From positions 101,283,265 to 101,347,264 of the forward strand of contig NC_068983.1 of NCBI RefSeq assembly GCF_001194135.2: a DNA stretch of 64,000 bases. The letters are read 5' to 3'. Below the pieces are notes generated by a model that saw nothing but the letters and a program-made list of their open reading frames with translations, did no database searches and had not been told where the DNA came from. The position numbers and the translations under genes are program-made. This DNA comes from Octopus bimaculoides. Its lineage: Eukaryota. Of the stretch, positions 50,626 to 63,380 are shown in pieces. Position 1 is the first letter of the stretch; each line of letters opens with the position of its first letter.

Positions 50626-50768
50626 GTGACATGACAAACTTTTGTAAAGAATGGCAACAGCGTACACTGAAAACTGGTTTAGATAGACCATGGTACAAAC
50701 CAATAAATAGAAATCCTAGACGACAAATGATCACAGATGGCATACAGAGAAGAAGCTACAGAACATAG
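50626..50768 (+). CDS. MLF: MLF exon 5, last coding exon (G-DMTNFCKEWQQRTLKTGLDRPWYKPINRNPRRQMITDGIQRRSYRT*)
   Basis: TTTCATAG acceptor; phase 1 matches exon 4; F..EW motif followed by a basic tail; TAG at 50766-50768. Confidence 0.88.
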
Positions 50769-50972
50769 ATTTAAACAACGCATGGATCAAGAACAATGAT
50801 GGTAAATATATTATTTTCCAGAATTATAAATTGTGATGGATTTTTGGTTATTTATTTAGTTTTGGGGAAAGATGTATTTTGGAAGTCTCTTTATGAAGCA
50901 GAAATGTGGAGCGTTTTTATATATCTCTATTCTGCTAATGAAACACGTACATACATACATGTGTACATACAT

Positions 50973-51005
<33 letters not shown>

Positions 51006-51030
51006 TACATACATACATACATATGTACAA

Positions 51031-51063
<33 letters not shown>

Positions 51064-51999
51064 AGTACATACACATATACAAAAACATCTCAAAAGTCAA
51101 TAGACACCCTTCATTATTCCATTTTATCTGTGAAGACACTTTTTGGTGCTTCAAACTCGTCAACGTATTATGCACAAGGCATGTCTATTAAATAATAAAT
51201 TTAAGTATTTAAATGCATCAAATGGCATTATTTTGTTCTCTAGAAATAAATCTTTCAAAAATTATGGTGTCTATTCACTTTTGAGAGGTCCGTGTACATG
51301 CAGAGGTAGAAACATGCATATTTTCTGAAATCACATATTTATTCACTCAAACAAAACAAAGTGAATGCTCACTATAAAATATTTAAAAGGAATTATATGA
51401 ATTTCAGAGTTATGATATACAACTACTTGATCAAGATGAATCTGATTTGAAAAATTAAGATTATTCCATATAAAAGCAGATAACAAAGCAGATACCTGAT
51501 ACCTTTCTCTGTGTATGTGTGTGTGTGTGTGTGTGATATAGAAAATAAATGGTTGTTTAGAGCTGTATGATTTAAAAAGGAAGTTCCAGGATATTGTGAG
51601 CTATTGAGTTGAACTTTGTTTTAATAAAGACATGGATGTGAAGCATTATTAAATTATCAGTGTTATCAATTAAATTATCAAAATTCATTGAATTATATCT
51701 GATTTCTTTTTCATGTGACAAACATCATTATCAGCTACATTAAATTGGCTGCCAACCATTCCAAAAACCTTATTTTCTTTGCAATATATTTCAAAGTCAA
51801 ATAACAAAAATTTCAGTGTTGGAGTAAAAAATCAATAATTTCTGATTATCTAAGTTAATAGCTATTTCAGAATTGTAAACAACTAATTTTAGATATTGAA
51901 GTAAACAGAAGTCCAAACAATATTTTTTATCAGAAATATCAAAATTTGAATTATTCTATGAAAATGAGAACAATTTTTTTGTTGTAAAAAAAGGGAGGA

Positions 52000-52155
52000 G
52001 TTCAAAGTTACATTCGGAGTTGAAATTCTGCCGAGGTCAACTTTGCCTTTCATCTTTTGGGGGTTAATAAAATAAGTATCAGCTGAGTGTTGGGGTTGAT
52101 GTAATCAACCTCCTCCCCCAATATTGCTGGCCGTGTGCCAAAATTTGAAACCAAT
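52000..52155 (+). mobile_element. SINE family B, 5'-truncated
   Basis: GAGTTGAAATTCTGCCGAGGTCAACTTTGCCTTTCATC. Confidence 0.8.
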
Positions 52156-52419
52156 ATAAAAGAAGGAGGGATTTCCAAGTATTCATAATAATGGTGAAAA
52201 CCATTTTCATTCCTTAGTCATGTTCATCATCACCATCAACATTGTTTTAACATTCATTTCTCGATGTTTGCATGGGTTGGATGAAATTTTGTTGAGATGG
52301 ATTTTCTATGGCTAGATACCCTTCCTGTTGTCAACCCTGACCTTTTTCCAAGTAAGACAAGGGAACAGTAAAATGCACACATATGTGTGTGTGTGTGTAT
52401 GTGTGTATATATATATAGA

Positions 52420-53052
52420 CATGGGATGAGGTGGTGAAGCTTGACCTTTGAACATTGAGCCTCACAGAGGCAATGACAGGAGACCGAGACCTTTGGAGAT
52501 ATGCTGTGATTAAGAAAACCTGGCAACTAAAGTGAGATCGCAGCCATGCATGTCTGGCCCAGTTAAGAATACCCCTGATGCATCAGGTGATATGATATGC
52601 TTGAGAAGACCTGTTGAGTCAAGTAAAACCAATATTATAGCTGTGGCCAGTGCCCCCTGACTGGCTCCCGTGTTGGTGGTATGTAAAAAGCGCCATCCGA
52701 ATGTGGTCAATGCCAGGTCCGCCTGACTGGCTCCCATGCCGGTGGCATGTAAAAAAGCACCGTCCAAACATGGCTGATGCCAGTACCCCCTGACTGGTCC
52801 CCATGCTGGTGTCATGTAAAAAGTACTATCCAAACTTGATTGATGCCAGGCCTACCTAACTGGCTCCCGTGCCAGTGGCACCTGAAAAACACCCACTACA
52901 CTCTTGAACTGATTGGCATTAGGAAGTGCATCCAGCTGTAGAAACATTGCCAGATCAGATTGGAACCTGGTGCAGCTACTGGCTCTCCAGACCGTCAAAC
53001 CGTCCAACCCATGCCAGCATGGAAAACAGACGTTAAACGATGATGATGATGA
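52420..53052 (+). mobile_element. RTE LINE 3' end with four ~66-bp hairpin units and (GAT)n tail
   Basis: Homologous to 31350-32052 (ACATGGGATGAGGTGGTGAAG...GACCTTTGGAGATATGCTGTG). Confidence 0.88.
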
Positions 53053-53059
53053 TATGTAT

Positions 53060-53220
53060 ATAAAACTGGCTTCTTTCAGTTTCTGTTTACCAAATCCATT
53101 CACAAGGCTTTGGTTGTTCCAGGATCATGGTAGAAGACACTTAACCCAAGGTGCCACACAGTGGGATTGAACCCAGAATCATGTGGTTGGGAAGCAAACT
53201 TCTTACCACACACCCATGCC
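53060..53220 (-). mobile_element. SINE family A head
   Basis: CTTCTTTCAGTTTCTGTTTACCAAATCC...GGGAAGCAAACTTCTTACCACAC. Confidence 0.85.
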
Positions 53221-56200
53221 TAAGTTTATGTGATTTTAATTTGTTATTCAAAATTTAAATATTCTTTTTTCCTCTCTCTTTTTTTTTTTTTTTAGGAAAC
53301 TTGAATGAATTCCTCTGCCAGCTTAAGATATGACTACTTGTTATTTGATTGACACAAATTTTGAGCAGCCAGCATCTAAGTCTACCTTCAACACTTTGAA
53401 ATCCTGGGCAACTAAATTGTTGTGCAAAGCAGAGTAGAATCGTTAAGAAACTAAAACATGTTTTTGTTTTAAATACATTACTAAAAACTATTTGTTGTAA
53501 ATTTTTCTCAATTAAAACCTGCACCTTTTATTATAATAATTTTTTTTTTTTTTGTAAATAGATCCCTGTCAATATACACCTCTACCTACACTTCTATAAA
53601 TTAAATTTAAGCAGTTTCTCCAACTTTATTAATAATTCCATTTATTTGATTTTATATTCTGAATGACTCTGAGTTTTATCTCATGTTAATTCATCCACTT
53701 ATTATGTGGCATTCTTATAGCTAGTTTCTGTATAAATAGTATCTTTTAAATGGAGTAATCAACTGAAAGAAATTGTGTGATCTTTGTTGTAAAACTTCTG
53801 GAGTTTCCTCTCAGATAAATTAGTACCTAACTGCTCATTAGGGTTCAGTATTTGAGGTACCCATATTATTATAACAGGATTTGTTATTTAATTACCATTT
53901 AATATATCCTGCAGTTTCTATTTGATAGTGTTTTAACATCTTATCATATATAGCTTTTCAAATTTGAAATCTCAGTATTTAGCTTTCTGAGTCAAAAACA
54001 ACTTTTATAGCATTTTTTTTTATCTTTCTTAAAAATATGTATCACTATGTTCTCGTAGAGGAAGTGTATTCCAAGATATTTCTAAATTTCTATAAATATG
54101 TTACAGATAATAATTAAATAAATTCTATGTGAATGCATAAATAAGGTTGCAATGAAAATTAATTTATATATTTAGATGAAAGTAATTTATTTCTGAAAAG
54201 ACTGACCGATTTTAGTTTGGCAGATCTGACTCAAAGTACCATTGTGCTCTTTTATAAGCGACTAACTGTTAGTAGATATCTTTGACACCATCTTATTGAT
54301 GCGTTTAAATTATAGTTGTCTGCGTGTGGATGTGTATAAACCTGTTTTATCAAATTCCATAGAAGCTATTCCATTTGTCACAACTGGTTCTCTCATATCC
54401 TAACTGTAGCTATCCAATACATTTGTGTTGAACCTAGACACCATAGATACACTTGTGGACTGTAGGTCTCTCAGATCTGGCTCTTTCAATCCTGACTCTA
54501 ACTGCCTGCAGTTTGTGTTGGATCATTTATTTTAGTCCAGCTGCTGCTCACCTCTTGAGTATCTGACCAAAGTTTACTTAGCTGTCAATTGCTCTCTGTG
54601 TATTTTACAAGACCTTGGTTTTCTCAGGATTTCTCATTGAATATTCTGGATTACTCTCACTGAATATTAGAACAGAACACTTTTTTTTTTTAGATATTTA
54701 TACTTCCAGTTAAAAAAAAATTTTTTAAACTTGAAAATATTAGTTTTTTTTATTGATCTTACAGAAAAATACATTTCCATTTAGATTTTCAAACACTTCC
54801 CTTAATATTTTTATTATTGGCTGCTGTCAACTGTTTAGAGGTTTATGATTGCAACTTGAATACCACCTAAATACAGTATGTGAATGAATTATTAATGTAT
54901 GAATGATATCAGATGATTTTTATCTTATTTCTATAAAAAAAAAGAAAGAAAATAAAAAAAAATAACTAGAAGATTTATTTTTCTTTCCATCAGTCAAAAG
55001 TTATTGAAACAAAGTGTGTTGCTTTTAATATAAATTTCCTTCTTCAGTTTACATAGTTTCTTTTACTGCTATTGCCTTTGTTATTGTGTTTCATTGACAT
55101 TAGTTTGCATGAGAATCACTGTATATTCTATTAAATCAACTACTTTAACTATTTATTATTAATGTTTGATAGTATGTTGAATGTTTCATACTACTTCCCA
55201 ATGATCAGTGTAATAAAGTGGTCAGTTTTAAGGGAAGAGTTAGTGTGTAATTACATCATTTTATCATTTGTTGCTGTTTAGCTTGTGCATGTAACTGCAA
55301 TGCCATGCTATGTGTTGCAGCTGAAGATATTTCCTGTATATGATTTTCAGATATTTTCTCTCAAAGTTCTGAAAGAAGCCAAATGACTACTTTATGGAAA
55401 GAACTAATAAATCTAACATAACTAGACCAAGCTATTTGTTTATTTCATTTTTGTTTGCTCATTTGTTTTTCCATTAACACTGTCCATTTATCTCTGTATA
55501 TTTTTTATTTATTTACTTTATCCTAAGAGAACTGTTTTCTTTTGACTTTTTTCACTTGCACCTGTACCTTTCACTTTGCACTGCCTTAAATTATTCATTT
55601 AGAATTCTCTCTAGTTTTGTCAGCACAGCTTTTATTTGGGTAGCATAGATTCTTGCAAAGCACTGTTTTAGTATTATAATAAATGCTTTTCTAGTATGTT
55701 TTTTTCACACATACAATTCACTTGTTTCTGCTTCTGCAATGATAAATGAGTAAATTGAAATAACTAAATTACTTTACAATACCATGGTTCTTGTTTTTTT
55801 GTTTTTTTTTTGAGATTATGTAGCTTTTTAAAAAGATTGGCATATCAAGTTCTGGGAAAATCTCTTTTCATTCTATCTTATTATGAGAATTTTTAGAATC
55901 TTTATATATTCTTGTCACTGGCCTATTTATCAATGTCCCCTTTTTACAAAAGGATTTTACATGTATGAATACATACACACATGCATATGTATATATGTAT
56001 GTATGTGTATATGTGCATATATTATACCGTCCAAATCTTGTATTCATGAAATATTAGACCTATAATGATGATAGTAATTATATCTTATTTAATGAAGCAA
56101 ATATAAAATAAAATTTTTTGATAATTGTTGGATAGATTTTCAAACTGAAATTGAACTTGTTTTACTCTGTTCTAAAACGCAAAGCCTTCCAATTGTTATA

Positions 56201-59200
56201 CTTTAATAAATCTTTTGAGGAAATATTTGTTGTAGTGAGGAATGTCTTTCAATTTTGTACACATTTTAAAAGAAATGACTTATATTTTTAAGTCATTATC
56301 TGACTTCTTTGTAGCTCCTGTGTTGGTAATTAGTATGTTGGGTTGTTAAACATTAGCAACTCACTTTAACAAGAATAATAACTGTTCTCCGTGATTGTTC
56401 CAATTAATGATATTGAAAGCTAAAAGATATTTATGATTCTGAGTTTAAACCTTCTGATATCAAACTGCCTGAAACTGCCCTTGATTTTATGATTCAAATA
56501 TACTGTTTTAAAGTGATCTAAATTATAACCACCTATCAAAATTGCATATTATTTATGTCCCAGACACCTGCTTAATATTCACAAGGTTATAATGTTAAAT
56601 TTTTCATTATTTTAAAAATTAACTGAAACAAGAACTGTGTAGTTTGAAAGAAATATAGTAAGGAAAGGGTTAAGAAAATTTGGAATCATAGACAGTACAG
56701 TCTTTTATGTGTTTCAAGTCATAGCTTATTCATGCAGTAAGGATTTTAAAAATCTTATTGGCATGGTTTGTTCAAGTCGATATAGAGTTTCCTGTTATTT
56801 TATGAATTTTAACAAAGCAAACAATAAAACTAACTTCTGTCAGAAATATCTGAGATCCCAAAACTCGATGGTTTAACTGTAGTCTCTTTCTTATTTATTC
56901 ATTTATATATTTTATAGCCAGTGCCCCAGCATGGCCACAGTCTAATGACTGAAACAAGTATAAGAAAGATATACTTTTGTGTTAGTTAGTATCTCAATTT
57001 TGATATTTCAAGGAATTTCAAAGATTGTCTAATTTAGATTCAATTTTGTATCAATCACATCATTATGTTTACAATGTAAAGTTCTAATGTATTCTAAATT
57101 ATATTTCATTAAAATAAATCCTAATTTATGATGAGATGGTCTTTGTTAAGAATTTGTGTATAAACTGCTACATCCTTTCGTTATTTGATTTCGTTCCTAG
57201 ATTCAATATTTATCAGAAGTAGCAGAATAGTTTTGTTGATCACAAGTTAAGAATTTGGGAGAAAAGAATATGTTAAAAGACAGCGAAATTGTTTGCCATG
57301 CGCCAACTTTCGATCTTCCCAGTTCATTGACTTCAAATTTGACCCTCATTACTATCAAGGACCTTTTGCTAGAGCATTAAACATCCAAAGGTCCTTCTCC
57401 TTCAGTGCAATTCAGGCCTTCAGCAAAAGTTGTGAAGTTTTAGGTGTTTTAAAAAATTTATATTCACTTATGATAATCTCTCTCTCTGTGTTATATATAT
57501 ATAATATATGTGTGTGTGTTTATCTGAGTTTAAATTTTATGATTTAGAAAATTTAGTTGTTTGATATTCCATTCTCTTGTTTTATTAATTATACAATAGT
57601 TGTCCTTGTAGCTATATAAGAACTATATAATACTTGCTTGCTCATTTTTCTGGAAAATTTTTCAGACAGAAAAAGTAGTCAGTTTTTATGGATAAAATGT
57701 GTTACTTTAAAATATTTTCCAATTTTGATATCTTCTTTATTTTCACTTTCATTTGTAATAAAGCATGTAGTTCTTTCACTTGCATAAATTTCAAAGAAGT
57801 CTAATGTATAGGTTAAAAATTGAAAGTCAAATGTTTTATTTCTTTATACACCAGAGTATTGTACTCATATATAATATGGCTCTTCTAAAGTTCTCTTTGT
57901 GAAAATAATTTCTCCAGATAGATAGTTTCTTTTAAGACTGTATTGCAACCATTTTCAACTCAGCAGATGTATAACTGGTTTAGAACTACTTTAATTTACA
58001 TTGACCTAAAATCTTCATTTTGAAATAGACTTACAGAAACATATTGTGTCTAAAAGAAATCACACAAATAGTGTCCATGTTTCAATTTACTTATTATAAG
58101 GATGCCTTAATGGTGTGCAATCATAAGTAGCTACATTTTTAACTGAATCCATCAAAACAAGGGATTATGTAATGTTTAATATACAGAAATAAAGAATGTG
58201 AATGAGATCTGTAATTTAGAAAGAAGGTTTAATATTGCTCTCTTGTAGAGGAAGCAAGGATGAACTGACTGCATGTTGTTGGAGTTAATGGAATTAATAC
58301 TTCAAAAAGATCTTAGTATCATACAATATAAAAGTTACATGTGATTCTCACAAACCTGATCTTATATGAGCTGTTATTCATTCTCTTGAAGTGTGCATAT
58401 GTTTATGCCATAAGTGGGATTAGAATAGAAAAGATTCTGAAGATCCAAAAATATCCTCCAAACCAAATCTTTTCATATAAGAAGACAATTCAAGCTATAG
58501 CTCACAGATTATTTGGTTTGATAATGTTTGATCTGCAATATGGAAGGTGGTTACTTTTACTGTTTCACAACTTTAGTAACACTGGCATAGTTTTTAGTTA
58601 CACGTGTTTGTTATCATGAGAGTAAATGATATCCATTATCATAGTTTTTGAAATCTCATTCCATTTGTTGATGTTTTTATGTTTTAAGAAAACACTTTTA
58701 TCTTTCTTTTCTTTTTGTGTTTGTGTGTGTGTGTTTGAAGATCACTTTGGCACTGAAAGTTATCATATTATTATGAATTATTAATAATATGCTATAGAAT
58801 ATTTCTGGGCAGAAAAATGTAAAACTGCCTCACACAAAGATACTTTTGTTGTGACATTTGATTTTCATCCCCTTTTATTAGTTTTCATCTAGGCTAAGTC
58901 ATGAATTCATTTTCCAATTTCTTTTTGACGATTTCTACAAACTTTGCTATAACAATATTTCTGCTTTAGCAACTAAGCACTGAATCTGAAATGAAATAGA
59001 AAATAGGTCAGTTTCAAAACATTGATGTTCAGGTCACAAAAAGCAAAGTTTGAAGAGAATAGTAGTCATTTTCTTTGAATTCTGATAGAAGCAAATAGAA
59101 AACAACTCTTACTGACCAAAAAAAAAAAAAGAAGATTAAAAGTATGTTGTCAATAATTATTATTTAGTAATCCTATTCTCAAAACAAAATTCAGTTGCTG

Positions 59201-61379
59201 TATGGATGACAAAACAAGCCAGCTATATTTGCAGTCATTTTCATAGTGTAAACATGAAAACAATATATAAAACCAAGAATGTTATTCTTCCAGCTGCCCA
59301 TGGTTTATCATCCCAATAGTGTTATCTACACAAACATCATTTGAGATTATTGTTATTGTTGTTGATTCCATCTTTTAGAATTAACTATAGGCTTTGCCTA
59401 TTTTATCTTATATATTGGTTACAAAAACAAAACAAATATATATAAATATATAAAATAATTGAATAATAAAGGATTCCAATGTTGTCATGAACTGTTTCTT
59501 TGGTTTTAAAATTAGTGTCTCCTCATTTATTTCATTCTTCCATTCTACCATGGTTTATTTATTCCTTCCAAAGACTGTTTTGTGAAAGTCTCTATTGCAT
59601 TGATTTAAGCCATAGGTATTAACAGCATTTATATATTCTCAATATTGATGACGCTTTTGAAAGATGATTTAATGCGGTCAGTTCACATTCACGGTGTAAA
59701 CTGTGGATGGCATTTCTTCATTAAGAAAATATTGGGTTTTTCCCGTTTTATTATTATTATTATTATTATTATTTTGCACTGAATGCATGTCACTTCACTT
59801 TAATGCACGACTACTATTTGCATTTCTTGCACTGAAATACAGCTGCTGGTGAATTTTGTTTGGGTGCTGAGTTTTTTTTTTTTTTCTCTTATATTAAGAG
59901 TATAGCTTATGCATGAATTATTTGAAAAATGAAAAGAAAATGTCTTGTTTCAGTTGTATCTAAAACGAAAAAGAAAAAAAAAAGAAAGAAAGGAAGGAAA
60001 AAAAAAACTGCAGCATAATGCGAAGAATAACAAACACTATATTTTGATAATGTCTCTCATTCAACCAAGATTCAACATCGCTAAAACAAATTACTTTCTG
60101 TGTACACTGAAACTGGACATTTTCTTTTTGATAGCGGCGGTAGTATATCGGGAATCGATATGATGCTCTGTATTATCGTAAAAGGCTATTTAGTTCTTGG
60201 TTGAAAATCGGTGTGCAAATACAGCAAGTAAGCAAATAGCGGCCGCAGAAATTTTTTTTTCTTTCTTATGAATTATGATTATTTTCTCTACAAATTATGT
60301 ATAAATATAGGCTGTGTACTTAAGATATTTATATTACGTAAACATACCACCAACCACGCGTATGAATTTAAATATAGACAGTGTATATCAAGTACCTATG
60401 TTTAGTTGTGTGTAGGTAACTAAATAAAATACAATCGGTTGTTTCCGTTAGTAGTCCCGACAGCAACCGCCATCGCTATTCGTTCACTGTTAGACCTGTT
60501 TGAGCCGACCTTTCATCGGAGGCATTCAAACCATACCTATCCCGTCTTTTTGTATGTTAGTGATTATATTGTCTTATATGCTCCTTTTTTTATAAAAGGA
60601 GAAGGCTTTGAGGGAGATGTGGCTGTTTTTTTTTTTTTTTTCTAGCCACTCCATCGACCGCATAGAGGTTCCCTCGCTAATTCATGAAGGGTTGATTTGC
60701 ATTGATGACTCTTAAAGAATAGCTACATCTGCTGGAAGACGAGTTCTTTTCTTGTCTTGTTCTAGTATTAATCCTTCTGCCTCTCTCATATGTGAAGTAA
60801 CTGGGTAGAAGTGGGAACAGATGAAATTACTTTTAATTTCAACGAAGACGGTCTCAGCACCATGATGTGAAATCACTTTGACTAAGTTGGATCTCAGTTG
60901 GTAAAAAAACAAACTCATGTTTGTATGCTGTCATTAGTGTTGTATTTTGTCTCCATTCGCAGCCAGAACGAATTGTTAAAATAACACGAGATTAATGAAT
61001 CGTTTAAAGATTTGTAGTAACCAAACTGATTATCGAAATGAAGTCTAGAGAATAAAAAGGTAAAACAGGTCTTTTGTGTGTAGAACTAGTGGAATAACTA
61101 AATGGATGATAACTTGTTAATGTTTCTGTTTGCCAGCAGTGAGAATGCATGTTATCGCAGACATTTATTCTTGTGTGATATCATTCACACCTTTCCTCAA
61201 AATTATACGAATGAAATGAAATGGTTTCAACTAGAAATTAAAATAGAATGGCAAGTGTGAGTGTGTGTGCGTGCGCACGCGTTTTTATATATACCATTTT
61301 GAAATAACAGTTCGTAAAAACACTTTTCCTTGTTGAGTGACAGCTATTCTTAACGAATTAAAGAAAGTCAACTGATCTC

Positions 61380-63378
61380 ATTGTTAAAAGTTATCGGTGA
61401 TGTTGCTGGAGAACAGACAATTAAAACCTTCACAACTGCTATCACTCTTAAAGAACACGTATGAGAAATCTGAAGTGCATGTGCTAATAAAATTACTGAA
61501 CAGAAGCAACCCAAATGGAAAGCAAAACTTGAAGAAAATGTCAACAATCTGCACCACCATATTGAATGGTTAACCACGATAATATCATGCAAGGAGAGTA
61601 ATGAGTTCATACATCGCCAATTACATCTTATGAAAAAAAAAATAACAAAACTCTGTTGTAGCTCTTCACGCCAACAACTTAAGGAATTGCTTTAAAGTAC
61701 GAGTTAATTACTTTGAAGCACGAACTCAGGACGCTGAGTGAAAAACTTCGTTATCGGAGAAAATTTTTCAAGTTAGATAGTATAAATAACAAGCTTGCTT
61801 TATATCCACAAGAATTATACTGGGAAATGAGGAAGAACAGAAAGGCCCTTCTCAGGAAGATTTTGAATCATTCTGATCTAAGATCTGGAACGAAAAGAGA
61901 GATTCCATCTAGAATGCATACAGTTAGGAAAGTACTGTATCTACATCGACAGCAAAGCATACACAATCGACGTCGAAACTTTCATTAGATCTGTAGGCAA
62001 ACTACATTATGGGAAGGCACCTGGAAGAGATTTAATTGCTGAACTTCTACAGGAAGATATTAATATGAACTACAGAAAGCCACATTGACATCCAAATTGG
62101 CTTGCCATAGTACGGACGAATCTTGTAGCTTAGAATGAAACCATCAAGTTGACAGAAAACTATAAGCACATTGCTTGCCTAAGCTTTTATGCACAAGCTT
62201 TACATAAGCTGCCTCAACTTCCAGGATCATTGTGAGTCCAACAATACACGCAAGCAGAAAGACGTGGTGATGTGCCGAACAACTTTTGATAAAGTTGTGC
62301 TGTTCGAAGTAAGAAAACGCTGCAGAAGCATTGTGACAGTATGGTTTGATTATAGAAAAGCAATCGACTCTTGGTTGCTAATGTTTCTGCATTTGGGGAA
62401 AATAACTGCTGCCACTGAGAGAATTACAAAGATCTGGGCAACAATATTCACACTTGAAGTAAGAGCAGAACGATTGTCTCTGATGTCATAAATATTTCAA
62501 GGAGATGGGCTTTTTGTAATTTTGTTTATTTTGGTATTAAATCTATTGTCGTTTCTTTTACAAAAACTCAATAACTACATGCCAGGATCTGCAACTGCTA
62601 CAGATACCAATGCAACCGGTACCTGTTTTTGTGGATAATTCAAAATCTATGCTAAAATTGTTTACAATGCCAAAATGCAGCTGGAATAAGATTTTCAGTG
62701 GATATAGGAATGGAATTTGGCTAAAAGAAATGTTCGTATCTGATTGTTGAACGTGAAAATCTCCCCTAAACGCAGAACTTCTGCATCAACGGTTTCACTA
62801 TCTCTTCTGTTTCACAAAGAACGCTATAAATATATCTAAGTATTGATGAAAATATATCATACTAAATTATGATACATTCTCGGGTCACTCCAACAAAAAT
62901 GGAGTGACCGAAAAGTATTATACCAGACTTAGAAAAATATGGCAGTCGGAGTACCCTTCTTACAGCAAGACAACATCTCAATGCATTTGCTATACCAGTT
63001 CTGATACCAACATTTGAGATAGTTGACTAGTTTTCAGAGAAAGTCCATTCTATAGACATTAAAACCCTCAAGATCTTGTCATTAAATGGAAAATTCCACA
63101 GATTCAGAAGTGAAGAAGGAAATAGAGGCTTGGCATCAGTGTAGGCAGCTTCTGAATGTTGTATAGTGTCTCTCAGCGCTTGTTAAACATCAGCAGCAAA
63201 ATATATAAATCTAGTGTTGAAAAGCGAAGAGAACAACATCCTACGAGTCCTCAGTGAGCTCTTCAGGAAATACACGTTTTCTGACGTTGTCCCATACAAC
63301 CCCGAAACAACTGGACAATCATGTCTAAAAGAAGACTTAGATGTGAAATTGCTCAGCATACCAAAGACTATGCATGGG
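61380..63378 (+). mobile_element. Decayed R4/Dong-clade LINE
   Basis: PKWKAKLEE; FDKVVLFEVRKRCRSIVTVWFDYRKAIDS; FQGDG..LFVIL.ILNLLS; DNSKSML; C-terminal KTMHG truncated by the mariner. Confidence 0.8.
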
Positions 63379-63380
63379 TA

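Larger units (their letters stand above)
9752..50768 (+). other. MLF: Myeloid leukemia factor (MLF) family gene, CDS span, 5 coding exons, 226 aa
   Basis: Manual splicing of 9752-9801, 34063-34264, 44766-44894, 48263-48419 and 50626-50768 gives 681 nt (227 codons including stop). All introns are GT..AG with matching phases (2,0,0,1). The protein has MLF-type motifs DPNGHHFSHSSFKTYS, APKTYEAS..TAPGG, VRDSERGYDKMAVGRHIKDR and F.KEW. Confidence 0.92.

Noticed and set aside
50769-50836. Extended or alternative coding C-terminus of MLF via the 50802 donor
   Set aside because: Codon-by-codon reading puts TAG at 50766-50768, before the donor, so any downstream exon is non-coding.
52646-52895. CRISPR-like array of regularly spaced palindromic units
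   Set aside because: The whole unit repeats with no unique spacers, there are no cas genes, and it is part of a eukaryotic LINE 3' end.
54300-54660. Minus-strand WD40-like peptide (GIASMEFDKTG); also a serpin-like peptide near 58430-58490
   Set aside because: Short matches bounded by stops in all frames with no usable splice sites; probably chance or decayed LINE.
59640-59720. SECIS- or C/D snoRNA-like hairpin (ATGACGC...GCGGTCA)
   Set aside because: Lacks the 3' GA of the SECIS quartet and a D box; no selenoprotein UGA context.
60712-60918. 68-aa minus-strand ORF as a gene exon (also 2550-2807, 14538-14938, 57293-57547)
   Set aside because: No recognisable domain or consistent splice signals; length is within chance expectation.
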